DNA from: an uncultured bacterium
GTDB lineage: Bacteria > Eisenbacteria > RBG-16-71-46 > CAIMUX01 > WJJG01
Assembly (NCBI GenBank): GCA_964612295.1
Contig: CAZTDY010000005.1
Location: 1-64,000, forward strand
Direction of reading: 5' to 3'
Length of the DNA: 64,000 nucleotides
Part shown: piece by piece, positions 9,419-18,883 of the stretch
How positions within the stretch are numbered: position 1 is the first letter of the stretch
Layout: each line of letters opens with the position of its first letter
Notes under the pieces: model-generated
Seen by the model: only the letters and a program-made list of their open reading frames with translations
Database searches by the model: none
What the model was told of the DNA's origin: nothing
Translations under genes and position numbers: made by a program

Positions 9419-9976
9419 ATGTCGACGAGGAAGTTCATCATATTCGATCTCGAAGCCACCTGTTGGGAAAAGGGCTCCTGGCCCGACAGAATGGAGATCA
9501 TCGAGATTGGGGCGGTGCGGGTCCGCGAGGATGACTGGAGCTGTGAGGACGAGTTCTCACGCTTCGTCCAACCTATTGGAGAACCGATCCTGAGTGACTT
9601 CTGCATGACGCTGACCGGCATCCGGCAGGAGGATGTGGATGAGGCGAAGTCCTTCCCCGAGGTTCTGAACGAGTTTCTTCGCTGGACGGGGACCGGGGAA
9701 CAGGTCTGGATGTCGTGGGGAATGTACGATAGGCGACAGATCGAGCATGACTGTCGCCGGCATCGCATCGCTGTGCCTCAGATCCTTGAATCGCACATGA
9801 ACCTGAAGGCCATCTTCACAGAGGTCACCGGGGTACGCAGAGCCGGGATGAAACGAGCCCTGCAGGTGCTGGGGCTGCCCTTGGAGGGGTCGCACCACCG
9901 CGGTCTGGATGACGCTCGAAACATCGTTGCAATCGGCAAGAAGGTGTGGCCTGAGTATCAGCGTGATGCTGAGTGA
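9419..9976 (+). CDS. DEDDh-family 3'-5' exonuclease (DnaQ / ERI-1 / KapD-like).
   Basis: Exo motif I 'FIIFDLEATC', motif II-like 'WMSWGMYDRRQIE', and motif III 'HRGLDDARN'. Confidence 0.75.
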   Translation: MSTRKFIIFDLEATCWEKGSWPDRMEIIEIGAVRVREDDWSCEDEFSRFVQPIGEPILSDFCMTLTGIRQEDVDEAKSFPEVLNEFLRWTGTGEQVWMSWGMYDRRQIEHDCRRHRIAVPQILESHMNLKAIFTEVTGVRRAGMKRALQVLGLPLEGSHHRGLDDARNIVAIGKKVWPEYQRDAE

Positions 9977-10020
9977 TGTTCTGGGGACGAGAGACAGCTG
10001 GTTGAGGGGGGAGCCCTGCT

Positions 10021-10875
10021 ATGGCACTCCGGGGCCGAGAACTACGAGCCGCAATCGCGCGAGAGACAGTGGAGATTCTCTTGCGGGGTCACTACGGATT
10101 GCCATCTGGTGATCGCGTTGAGATAGGCAGAGAACGGGATAGTTGCGTAGCAGACACACGCCACTTCAGGCCGGCGGAATTGAACCAGGTGTTGGCGCAA
10201 GCTAAAATGGCCTCAGCGGGTCATCAGCAGATGCTGGTGGAGGTCAGAGAGGAATCAACACTCTTGGCCGCGCAGTCCCTGTCGGTGGAATGCGACGAGG
10301 CGCGTATTGGCGTGCTGAACTTCGCCTCGGCAAGGCATCCGGGGGGCGGTTTCCTGAAGGGGGCCGACGCGCAAGAGGAGTCGTTGGCCCGAAGCTCGGG
10401 ACTATACCTGAGTCTTCTAGAGTGTCGGACATATTACGACGGCCAACGAGGATCCCGGGATGGCCTGAACACGGATGACATGATCTGGTCGCCTGAATGC
10501 CCCGTGGTGCGCGATCATGACGGGACGTTGTTGGACCGGCCGTATCTCGTCGACTTCATCACGAGCACAGCGCCCAATGTTTCGTCGAGGGCTGCAAAGC
10601 GGCAGCCAGCGCCATCAGAGGTGCTTGAGGCGCTGAAGCTGCGGATCGGCAAGATTCTGGCTCTCGCTGCACACCACGAGTGTACTCACTTGGTGTTGGG
10701 AGCCTGGGGCTGTGGTGTGTACGCGAATGATCCCACGGAGGTGGCAGCAGCCTTCTACGGCCACCTCAGGCCCAAGAAAGGGATGTTCTGGGGCCGATTC
10801 GAAAAGGTGATCTTCGCGATCGCGCCGGACGGTCCGAAGCGCAATCTCGACTGTTTCCGCCGGCGATTCTGCTAA
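10021..10875 (+). CDS. Bacterial-type poly(ADP-ribose) glycohydrolase-like macrodomain protein (DUF2263 / TIGR02452 family).
   Basis: 'HPGGGFLKGADAQEESL' matches the PARG catalytic signature GGG-X6-8-QEE within a macro-like fold. Confidence 0.7.
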   Translation: MALRGRELRAAIARETVEILLRGHYGLPSGDRVEIGRERDSCVADTRHFRPAELNQVLAQAKMASAGHQQMLVEVREESTLLAAQSLSVECDEARIGVLNFASARHPGGGFLKGADAQEESLARSSGLYLSLLECRTYYDGQRGSRDGLNTDDMIWSPECPVVRDHDGTLLDRPYLVDFITSTAPNVSSRAAKRQPAPSEVLEALKLRIGKILALAAHHECTHLVLGAWGCGVYANDPTEVAAAFYGHLRPKKGMFWGRFEKVIFAIAPDGPKRNLDCFRRRFC

Positions 10876-10896
10876 GAGAGACGATAGGATCGACAG

Positions 10897-11538
10897 ATGG
10901 AACCCAAGAGAGTCAAGTACCCGCGCACACCTCATCTCCCATGGTCGCCCGGGCGAACCAGCGACGATGTTCTGATCGAATCGCTAAGTGCCCTCAGAGC
11001 GCAAACTGAGGTCGTCGTCACGGAGAAGCTTGATGGAGAGAACACAACGCTCTACCGCGATCGGCTTCACGCTCGAAGCATTGACTCCAGCGCACACGAG
11101 TCGCGTGACTGGGTGAAGGCGCTTCATGCGCGTGTTCGGCACCAGATCCCCTCCAGCATGCGGGTATGCGGAGAGAACGTGTTTGCAGTTCACAGCATCG
11201 AGTATGATGCCCTTCCTTCGTTCTTCTTGGCATTCGGGATCTACGTGGATGAGCAGTGCATCGCGTGGGACGACACAGTGAAATGGGCCGCCAAGCTCGG
11301 GCTTTCGCACGTGCCGGTTCTCTACCGGGGGCCGTGGACGGATGCCGCAATCCAAGCCTGCTGGCAAGGCGTGTCAGCATTTGGCCCCGAACAAGAGGGG
11401 TATGTAGTGCGTGCGGTAGGCGACTTCGCAATGGCTGACTTCGGGTCGCGCGTTGCCAAGTACGTGCGCCCTTGTCACGTGACCTCTGAGAAGCACTGGA
11501 AGGCGGGGCCAGTCCGGCGAAACCGTCTTGCCCGCTGA
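10897..11538 (+). CDS. ATP-dependent RNA ligase (pfam09414 RNA_ligase-like, small Rnl family).
   Basis: N-terminal 'KYPRTPHLPWS' and nucleotidyltransferase motif I 'EKLDGEN' (KxDG). About 213 aa. Confidence 0.7.
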   Translation: MEPKRVKYPRTPHLPWSPGRTSDDVLIESLSALRAQTEVVVTEKLDGENTTLYRDRLHARSIDSSAHESRDWVKALHARVRHQIPSSMRVCGENVFAVHSIEYDALPSFFLAFGIYVDEQCIAWDDTVKWAAKLGLSHVPVLYRGPWTDAAIQACWQGVSAFGPEQEGYVVRAVGDFAMADFGSRVAKYVRPCHVTSEKHWKAGPVRRNRLAR

Positions 11539-11563
11539 GCCCGTGCGGCCAAGAGCTCGGACC

Positions 11564-11605
11564 GGGGAGGGGCATATCTGACACCCCCCCCGGGGATCCC
11601 CCCCC
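11564..11605. terminator. GC-rich hairpin: GGGGAGGGG ... CCCCCCCC GGGG AT CCCCCCCC, with alternative pairings possible. Possible terminator after the RNA ligase gene.
   Basis: Read directly from the sequence. There is no U-tract. Confidence 0.25.
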
Positions 11606-11847
11606 GTGAGTTCCTCGTCCTAACAGCTTCCGTCGTTGGCAATTGCGATTCGTGCGACACCTCGCTATGATCAACCCAAGCTTGAGGCGAAGTACCCTGG
11701 TGGCACGTGAATTGTCTCACTACTGAGCATGGGATCCAGGAGGGCGGAGTCAAAGCGGTCGTGCACCGAGCCCGGTTGGGAAAGCCCCCGAGATTCGAGC
11801 CGCGAGGGTCCCGAAGGCGGTTGGAGAGAGCCTAGAAAAGGCGGACG

Positions 11848-14800
11848 ATGAGTTCTGGCGCACTCACATTCATCATTGCATGCACCTTCGTCGTGGGCAT
11901 GTTGATCTATCGGCTGATCGAGGGATCGCAGCGGAATCGCCCCCCTGAATTGCTAGATGAGGAGACCCCCAGTATGCCAGAGGAGAACTCGTCGAATCCA
12001 CGGTTGCAGGCGATCAAGAACGCGATGCCTCTGTTTGAGAGCGAGTTCATTCTACCGTCCGAGCTTGAAGAGGTCTATGCTTTCGAGTCGACAATGGCCA
12101 AGCTGAATGAGGCCTACTCGCAGGCGGACCTAGAGGGCCTCCTGATCAATGCAGACGTGCGGGTAACATGCCTGGTTCTGGCAGCACTGGCTCGCAGATC
12201 AGATGAGGATCTTCAAACCCACAAGGTTCTCCGCCAACTAGATATCAACAACACCTTCGTTACCCACTTCTGTCTGCAGACGCTGCTCAAGCGCGTTCCT
12301 CCGGAGACTCCTCTAGTCGGGGCGGTGATTTCCCGCAATCTGGACTCATGGACGGGGGACTTCCAGGCGCTACTCGATGATTTCATCGAGCAGCGCGTCG
12401 AACAAGGCGAGGAGATATCCGAAGAGACGCTTTTCCCCACGAGTCCGTCGCTGAGTGAGGAAGGCCGAACACAGCTGCTGCTAGTCCTCAAGCGAGCACA
12501 TCCACGCTCGTACAGGCGAGTCAGCAAAGAGCTGTCGAGGTTCGGGGCAAAGCCAGGGCATCGTGAGGAGGTTTCCCAAGGGGCGGAAACCGAGTTTTCG
12601 TTGGGGCGGGTCTGGAGCAAACGAACACTGGGCGACCATGGTTTCATTGACCACGAACAGACAAGTGAACCGCTTGAGCGCCTGGTTGAGAGCCTGAAGA
12701 AGGGTCGCCATAGCTCATTCGTGATTGCGGGCCAGCCCGGCGTAGGCAAGACGAGTCTGATTCGCGAAATCGCCAGGAGAGTAAGCGGGAAGCTGCGTTT
12801 CCTGGAGGTTGCTCAGGATGAACTGGTCGCCGGCGAAGGATTGATGGGAACGATGGAGAAGCGCCTTCAGACCCTTCTCGCTGAACTTGCCGAGGACGGT
12901 GAGACTGTGCTGTACCTGCCCGATATCCACGAGTACGTGTGGGCCGGACAGCACATGCACAGCACCGTCGGTCTGCTCGACCTTCTCATGAGGGCGATGG
13001 AGTCTCGAGGGCTCATCGTGATTGGAGAAACTGATCAACTAGGCCTGGAGCAGCTCTTGAGGGACCGTCCTAGGGCCAAGGATCACTTTCAGATCGAACG
13101 GCTGACATCCGTGACGCCGGAAGTCGCGCTGGATGTTGCCTTGCAGAGTATCCAGCGGCGACATGAACGCCATGCCGGCCCGACGATCTCGCAAGAGGTT
13201 GTCCGGGAGGCAGCTCAGCTTGCCAGTCAGTACATGAGCGATCTCGGGGCGCCAGGCAGTGTGCTTCGATTGCTCAATCTTGCGATCGATCAAAGAACGA
13301 AAGGCGCTCGGCGTGTTATTGACGTCGAGGTTTCTCGGGACGACGTCATGGAAGCCCTCAGGGTCCTCACTGGTCTTTCAGCTGTTGTCCTTGATGACCA
13401 GCTCAAGCTCAACCTCGACCGTACGAACAGCTTCTTCGAGAAGAGGGTTCTGGGGCAACCCGAGGCGACAACATGCCTCATTGACCGAATCGCAATGATC
13501 AAGGCCGGCTTGGGTGATTCAACTCGACCTTTGGGCGTGTTCTTGTTTGCCGGACCTACTGGAACCGGGAAGATCGAGCTGGCTAAGGCGCTGGCGGAGT
13601 TTCTCTTCGGCGATCCCAACCGAATGGTGCGGCTCGACATGAGCGAACTTCAGTCGCACGATGCAATGGCAAGGATTTTCGGAGGCGCCCAGAGGGATGC
13701 GTCCGGTGCATCCTTGACCGAGCGGATCAGACAGCAACCGTTCTCCGTAGTCCTTCTCGACGAGTTCGAGAAGGCCCCCGCTGAAGTCTGGAACATGTTC
13801 CTCCAGGTCTTCGATGACGGTAGGCTAACTGACAATGCAGGCCGAACGGCAGATTTGCGCCATGCGATCATAATCCTGACTACTAACCTAGGGGGCAAGA
13901 TACCTGGTGGAGCGACGCTGGGCTTCACGAAGGATCATTCAGACTTCAGGCCCGAGGCCGTAGAACGTGCGATCATCGACGCGTTTCCGAGGGAGTTCTT
14001 CAATCGCATCGATCGTATGCTTGTTTTCCGCCCCCTGAGCCGGCAGACCATGCGGCAGATCCTCGACAAGGAGTTGAAGGATGTGTCGCGTCGGCGAGGG
14101 CTCCGTTGGCGTGATTGGGCGATCGAGTGGGATGAGAGCGCGTTCGAGTTCTTGCTTGAAAGGGGAATCACCAGGGATCTTGGGGCCAGACCCTTACGTC
14201 GGGCGATCGAACGCTACTTCCTGACTCCTCTTTCCAGGCTGATCGCGCAGGGGCAGGCGCCGCACGGGGATCAGTTCCTCTTTGTCCGCGCAAAGCGAGG
14301 ACAGCTGGTTCTTGATTTCGTTGATCCCGACGCACCCTTTGGCGAGGTCGAGGAGAGTGCGCGCGTTCATGGGAGCGAGCGCAGCAGCGATGAAGATGTT
14401 CCGGTCGAAGAGGTCGTCTGCAATCCACGAGGAGTCCCCAGTGAGGTGACCGCTCTCGAGAGACGTTGCCAGCCACTGCGTGAGACCATCGCGGGGGATC
14501 AATGGTCGGAACGCAAGACAGAGTCTATGGGACGGATGTCAGAGCCGGGCTTTTGGGACTCGGACGATCGTTTTCGCATCCTGGGTGAGGTGGAGTTCCT
14601 CGACCGTGCTGAACGAGTGTTCGCGCGGACCGAGTCGCTTCTTGCGCGGCTTCAGGGGCGATCTGAGCGTAGCCTCATCGATCGTAAGCTGGTGAGGCAG
14701 GTGGCCCAGAACCTCTACTTGCTCGAGACGGCTTGCACGGACTTTGAGGACGACCGGCCTCAGGAGGCTTTCCTGCAAATCGAGGTTGCCCTGCAAGAGC

Positions 14801-15321
14801 ACGGTGAGGACCGTCTGAAGAGCGCGATGAACTGGGGTCAGGACCTGTGCACGATGTATCGTTCCTGGGCCAAGAAGCGTGGCATGCACTGGCAAGAGCT
14901 TGACCGAGGAACTGGCGATCGGGCGCACAATCGAGAGCTATTCGCCGTATCTGGTTTTGGTGCGCACTCCATTCTCGCACCGGAAGCCGGGCTCCATGTT
15001 CTTGAGATGCCGCGTGAAAACGAGCCCGGAGTTGATCGATGCAGGGTTCGGGTGTGCGTTGCACCTCATACGGGACAGCCGCCTGCAGGTGCGTCGCCCG
15101 CCGAAAGAAGCAGGGAGCTCCTTGCCAGAGCCAAGGCTGCATTTGCGGACCAATCCACCGAGGGGCTCACGGTGGTGCGAAGCTACCGTCGTGGGGAAAC
15201 TCCGTCGACTCGAGACGCTGTCCGAGGCTGGCGCACAAGCAAGGTCGAACGCGTGCTGGCAGGAGACTTTGACGTGATAGGAGCGTCATCCAGCAATGCC
15301 GACCCTCAGCTGCGGGAATGA
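11848..15321 (+). CDS. Membrane-anchored ClpB-like double-AAA+ ATPase fused to a C-terminal release-factor-like module (RF domain 2 and C-terminal helix present, GGQ domain absent).
   Basis: N-terminal hydrophobic helix 'ALTFIIACTFVVGMLIY'. Walker A motifs 'IAGQPGVGKTS' and 'FLFAGPTGTGKIELAKALA', plus 'GARPLRRAIERY'. The C-terminal roughly 190 aa ('AFLQIEVAL...MYRSWAKKRGMHWQEL...AGLHVLEM...RCRVRVCVAP ... VVRSYRRGETPST...VERVLAGDFDVIG') aligns with RF2 'FLEIQAG...MYLRWAE.RGFK.E...GVHRLVR...RHTSFSSAFVYP ... [13 protein letters not shown]...[12 protein letters not shown]'. Confidence 0.8.
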   Translation: MSSGALTFIIACTFVVGMLIYRLIEGSQRNRPPELLDEETPSMPEENSSNPRLQAIKNAMPLFESEFILPSELEEVYAFESTMAKLNEAYSQADLEGLLINADVRVTCLVLAALARRSDEDLQTHKVLRQLDINNTFVTHFCLQTLLKRVPPETPLVGAVISRNLDSWTGDFQALLDDFIEQRVEQGEEISEETLFPTSPSLSEEGRTQLLLVLKRAHPRSYRRVSKELSRFGAKPGHREEVSQGAETEFSLGRVWSKRTLGDHGFIDHEQTSEPLERLVESLKKGRHSSFVIAGQPGVGKTSLIREIARRVSGKLRFLEVAQDELVAGEGLMGTMEKRLQTLLAELAEDGETVLYLPDIHEYVWAGQHMHSTVGLLDLLMRAMESRGLIVIGETDQLGLEQLLRDRPRAKDHFQIERLTSVTPEVALDVALQSIQRRHERHAGPTISQEVVREAAQLASQYMSDLGAPGSVLRLLNLAIDQRTKGARRVIDVEVSRDDVMEALRVLTGLSAVVLDDQLKLNLDRTNSFFEKRVLGQPEATTCLIDRIAMIKAGLGDSTRPLGVFLFAGPTGTGKIELAKALAEFLFGDPNRMVRLDMSELQSHDAMARIFGGAQRDASGASLTERIRQQPFSVVLLDEFEKAPAEVWNMFLQVFDDGRLTDNAGRTADLRHAIIILTTNLGGKIPGGATLGFTKDHSDFRPEAVERAIIDAFPREFFNRIDRMLVFRPLSRQTMRQILDKELKDVSRRRGLRWRDWAIEWDESAFEFLLERGITRDLGARPLRRAIERYFLTPLSRLIAQGQAPHGDQFLFVRAKRGQLVLDFVDPDAPFGEVEESARVHGSERSSDEDVPVEEVVCNPRGVPSEVTALERRCQPLRETIAGDQWSERKTESMGRMSEPGFWDSDDRFRILGEVEFLDRAERVFARTESLLARLQGRSERSLIDRKLVRQVAQNLYLLETACTDFEDDRPQEAFLQIEVALQEHGEDRLKSAMNWGQDLCTMYRSWAKKRGMHWQELDRGTGDRAHNRELFAVSGFGAHSILAPEAGLHVLEMPRENEPGVDRCRVRVCVAPHTGQPPAGASPAERSRELLARAKAAFADQSTEGLTVVRSYRRGETPSTRDAVRGWRTSKVERVLAGDFDVIGASSSNADPQLRE

Positions 15322-15529
15322 GACCGTGAGGCCCGTGGGCGCAACCCACGCGCGGGCTCTGTGTAGTAAGGGATGACCATCGGGCAAACGCTGGTGAGCT
15401 GCAGCGGGCTCCTACACTCTGGCCGTCTACCCTTGCGGGGCCGATGGAATCGAGCAGAATGCCCCCATCCATCAGATCTCGGATGAAATCGATGGCGGCT
15501 GGCCGCGGCCTTGGATATGCTTCAAGAGA

Positions 15530-16390
15530 ATGATCGACACGCTGCACAATAGGCACGTACGGGGCATCTCGCGCATGAGCCTCGTGGTGGTGGCAGCCCT
15601 TGCGCTCCTGCCGACGGCCTTGGCGTGCACCTGGACCAACCTGGAGCCCGGCCTCGATCTTGCCGAATGCGACACCGGCCCCGGCGGCCCGGTGCTCCAC
15701 GCGCCGATTCTGATTCTCCGCATCGACCCGGCACAGTGGCAACTGCGGCTTCTCTGTGCAGACCGAGACTCCGATGGACAGAATCGAACCGCACGGCAGT
15801 GGTGCCGTGAGGAAGGCCTCGTGGCCGCGATCAATGCGGGGATGTTCGCCACCGACTACCAGACGCACGTAGGGTATCTGAAGGCAGGCGATCACGTGCA
15901 AAACACCAACATCAATGCCTATCAATCGCTCCTGGCATTTGACGCGAAGGCAGATGATACGCCGCGTGCACGGGTCTTCGATCTGGATGCCGCGCCGCTC
16001 GACTCGATCAGGGGAGCGTACGAGACCCTCGTGCAGAACCTGCGCCTGATCAAGCGTCCCGGCATCAACCGCTGGTCTCCTCAAGACAGGCGGTGGAGTG
16101 AGGCCGCATTGGGGGAGGACAGAGACGGCAACATCCTGTTCATCTTCTCCCGGACGCCGTTCAGCATGTTCGACTTCAACACGATCCTGCTGGGTCTCTC
16201 GATCGATCTGGTTTGCGCGCAGCATCTCGAGGGTGGACCCGAAGCGCAGCTCTACATCGGCCTGCCGGGGCATGAGCAGGAACATGTGGGCAGCTTCGAG
16301 ACGGGCTTTCTGGAGAAGCACACGAACAAGGTCGCCCACCGGGTGCCCAATGTCATCGGGATCACGCGTCGCGTGGGCGCTGGCGACTGA
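15530..16390 (+). CDS. Lipoprotein of the phosphodiester glycosidase family (DUF2233 / NAGPA-like).
   Basis: Lipobox 'ALLPTALAC', 'AINAGMF' and a conserved C-terminal block. The overlapping minus-strand ORF 15167..16339 is rejected as antisense. Confidence 0.55.
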   Translation: MIDTLHNRHVRGISRMSLVVVAALALLPTALACTWTNLEPGLDLAECDTGPGGPVLHAPILILRIDPAQWQLRLLCADRDSDGQNRTARQWCREEGLVAAINAGMFATDYQTHVGYLKAGDHVQNTNINAYQSLLAFDAKADDTPRARVFDLDAAPLDSIRGAYETLVQNLRLIKRPGINRWSPQDRRWSEAALGEDRDGNILFIFSRTPFSMFDFNTILLGLSIDLVCAQHLEGGPEAQLYIGLPGHEQEHVGSFETGFLEKHTNKVAHRVPNVIGITRRVGAGD

Positions 16391-16402
16391 CCCCTGTGAA
16401 CC

Positions 16403-18667
16403 CTACCGCACGACGATCACCCGCTCCGTCCGCCAATCGCCCAGAAGGCCGAGCCGGATGAAGTAAGCGCCCGCCGCAACGTCTCGACCTGGGGCGTCAC
16501 GTCCATCCCAAGAAGTGAAGTGTGTCCCCGTCGGTCGCCAACCGCTGGGCAATCTCCGCACCAACCGGCCGGCGGCATCGAGAACGTGAAGGTCGATCCG
16601 TCCTGGCTCTGCCAAGTCGTAGTGAATCGAGAGGGCCGCGCCACCTGTTGCCGCGGGGCAGAACAGACTTGGGCTGCAGCGGAGCGAACGGCACGGTTCC
16701 AGCGAGTCGTCACCGCTTGGGTCCACGAATGCCATGCTCTCATCCAGAATCCCGATTCCGTCATAGGTGGCGACCCAGAGATGTCCCTGTGCATCGGTCA
16801 CCATGCTCCGCGTGACGACTCCGGGGAGCCCAGAGGTTCCAACCCCGTAGTTTCTCCAGCCGACTCCGTCGAATCGGGAAATGCCATCCCACCGACTGCC
16901 GAACCACTTCACGCCTTGCGGGTCGATGTGGACCGAGTAGATCCGATATCCCCGCAGTCCTGAGTTTTCGGGGTTGTAGACGGTCCACTCGGTTCCGTCG
17001 AAGTGTGCGACCCCCCCGCCGTAGGTGCCGATCCAGAGGCTTCCATCAAGATCGAAATCGACGGCGCAGACCTCGTGATGCGGAAGGCCGGAGTTCTCCA
17101 CGGTGTAGATCGTCCACTCGGAGCCGTCGAATCGCGCCAAACCGCTGGAGGTGCCGATCCAGAGCGCACCGTCGGGGGCGATCTCTATGCACGCAACCCT
17201 CAGAGAAAAGACCAGGCTGTTGGTGTCTTCGATCACGAGCCACTCCGAGCCGTCGAACCTGACCAGCGCGCCCCAGTCGCCGTGATCATCGATCACGGAG
17301 AACCAGATCGCTCCATCGGGGTCCGCGGTCACGGTGGAGACCGCGTCATAGGGCATCGGGCAGTTGCTGCTGTCGTAGAGGGTCCAATCCGTGTGATCGA
17401 AATGCACGAGGCCGATGCGGGTCCCCAGCCAGAGATCGCCCGTGTCCCCCAAGGCCACATCATCGACGCCGTCGGTGGGCAGGCCTGAATTCTCCATCGT
17501 GTAGACGGTCCAATCGGCATTCTCGCACCGCGCGAGCCCGCCGTCGTGCGTGGCGAACCACTTCGCTCCGCCCGGCTCCTGCTCCATATCGCTGATGTAG
17601 TTCGACGGCAGTCCGGAGTTGCTGACGTTGTATGTCTCCCAATCTGCGTCGTCGAAGCGGCACAGGCCGCCGCCCAGTGTGGTCAGCCACTTCCGTCCTT
17701 GCGCATCCAGCACCACGCTCGAGAGTTCATCGCTGGCGATGTCGGAGTTGCCGGTGTCGAACACTGTCCAGTTGGTGTCATCGAAACGGGCCAGCCCGCC
17801 GCCGTGCGTTCCGATCCACTTGACGTTCTCATCATCGATACAGACTGCGTGGACCCACAGGTGCGGCAGGTCGGAGTTGTCCGGATTCCAGGTGGTCCAG
17901 GTGGAACCGTCGTAGCGCGCCAGGCCACCGCCCCACACGTATCCGTTGCTGGCGCTGCTGGTGCCGATCCACTTCACGCCTAGCCCGTCGATTGCGATGG
18001 CGCGAACCTCGTTTTGCGGGAGGCCGGAGTTGTCGACGTCGTAGATGTCCCAACTCGAGCCGTCGAAATGGGCCAGGCCTTCAAAGGTGCCCATCCAGAT
18101 CGATCCGTCTGGATCGAGCGTGATCGTGTAGATGTTGTCGTTGGGCAGCGGTGAGTTGTGCGAATCATAGACGGTCCAGGTGTCATCATCGAAACGCGCC
18201 AGCCCATCGAAGTGGGTTCCGATCCACTTCGTGCCGTCCTCGTCGATTGCGAGGCTGCCGATGCGCTTTCCCGGCAGGCCGGAGTTCTCCGGCGTATAGA
18301 CGTGCCAATTGGAGCCATCGTAGGTGGCCAGTCCGGCGGGGACGTGAACCGAGGTGGGGTAGGTGCCCACCCACAGAACACCCGCATCATCCACGGCGAG
18401 GGCGCTGACCATGTTCGACAAGAGCCCCGAGTTGGCGGTCGTCATGACCTCGAACTCGCCGGTCGCCCGGTCGAGCCGCACAAGACCACCGGAGGTCCCC
18501 AGCCACGAGATGTCACCGACCATCAATTGGCAACTGATGCGGTCCGAGTTGGTGAACTGCGTCCACTCAGGGTATTCGGCGAAACTTGGTGAGATGACGA
18601 CCAGCGGCGCGATCAGCAATGCGCAAAGCGCGCAGAGAACCCGACGGGAGATGCGGCCAGCATACAT
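16403..18667 (-). CDS. Secreted beta-propeller protein built from two-component-regulator-propeller (Reg_prop) repeats, with a T9SS C-terminal sorting domain.
   Basis: At least ten repeats of 'W(I/V)GT..GGLARFD...W..Y...NSGLP'. Signal peptide 'MYAGRISRRVLCALCALLIAPLVV' and strong SD GGAGGGAG. The C-terminus 'GAYFIRLGLLGDWRTERVIVVR' is T9SS-CTD-like. Confidence 0.8.
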   Translation of the reverse strand: MYAGRISRRVLCALCALLIAPLVVISPSFAEYPEWTQFTNSDRISCQLMVGDISWLGTSGGLVRLDRATGEFEVMTTANSGLLSNMVSALAVDDAGVLWVGTYPTSVHVPAGLATYDGSNWHVYTPENSGLPGKRIGSLAIDEDGTKWIGTHFDGLARFDDDTWTVYDSHNSPLPNDNIYTITLDPDGSIWMGTFEGLAHFDGSSWDIYDVDNSGLPQNEVRAIAIDGLGVKWIGTSSASNGYVWGGGLARYDGSTWTTWNPDNSDLPHLWVHAVCIDDENVKWIGTHGGGLARFDDTNWTVFDTGNSDIASDELSSVVLDAQGRKWLTTLGGGLCRFDDADWETYNVSNSGLPSNYISDMEQEPGGAKWFATHDGGLARCENADWTVYTMENSGLPTDGVDDVALGDTGDLWLGTRIGLVHFDHTDWTLYDSSNCPMPYDAVSTVTADPDGAIWFSVIDDHGDWGALVRFDGSEWLVIEDTNSLVFSLRVACIEIAPDGALWIGTSSGLARFDGSEWTIYTVENSGLPHHEVCAVDFDLDGSLWIGTYGGGVAHFDGTEWTVYNPENSGLRGYRIYSVHIDPQGVKWFGSRWDGISRFDGVGWRNYGVGTSGLPGVVTRSMVTDAQGHLWVATYDGIGILDESMAFVDPSGDDSLEPCRSLRCSPSLFCPAATGGAALSIHYDLAEPGRIDLHVLDAAGRLVRRLPSGWRPTGTHFTSWDGRDAPGRDVAAGAYFIRLGLLGDWRTERVIVVR

Positions 18668-18883
18668 AGCTCCCTCCAATTTTTCAGCTGTCAGCACTCG
18701 AGCAAATCGTACTTTTCGCGTGTGCAATCCGTCTATAAGGGTAGAGGATGGCATCGTCCCTGTCCATCTTGTCGACAGGGAGCGGAAACGCGACTACACT
18801 AACAACATGACACCCCAGTAGCTGGCCATTGGAATGTAGCACGCCGCGTATGTGTGTAAGCGCCATTGAACTGGAGGTGAGCC

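Noticed and set aside
15167-16339. 390-aa minus-strand ORF overlapping the DUF2233-like lipoprotein gene.
   Set aside because: The plus-strand frame has a lipobox and family motifs. The minus frame is Arg-rich with no features.
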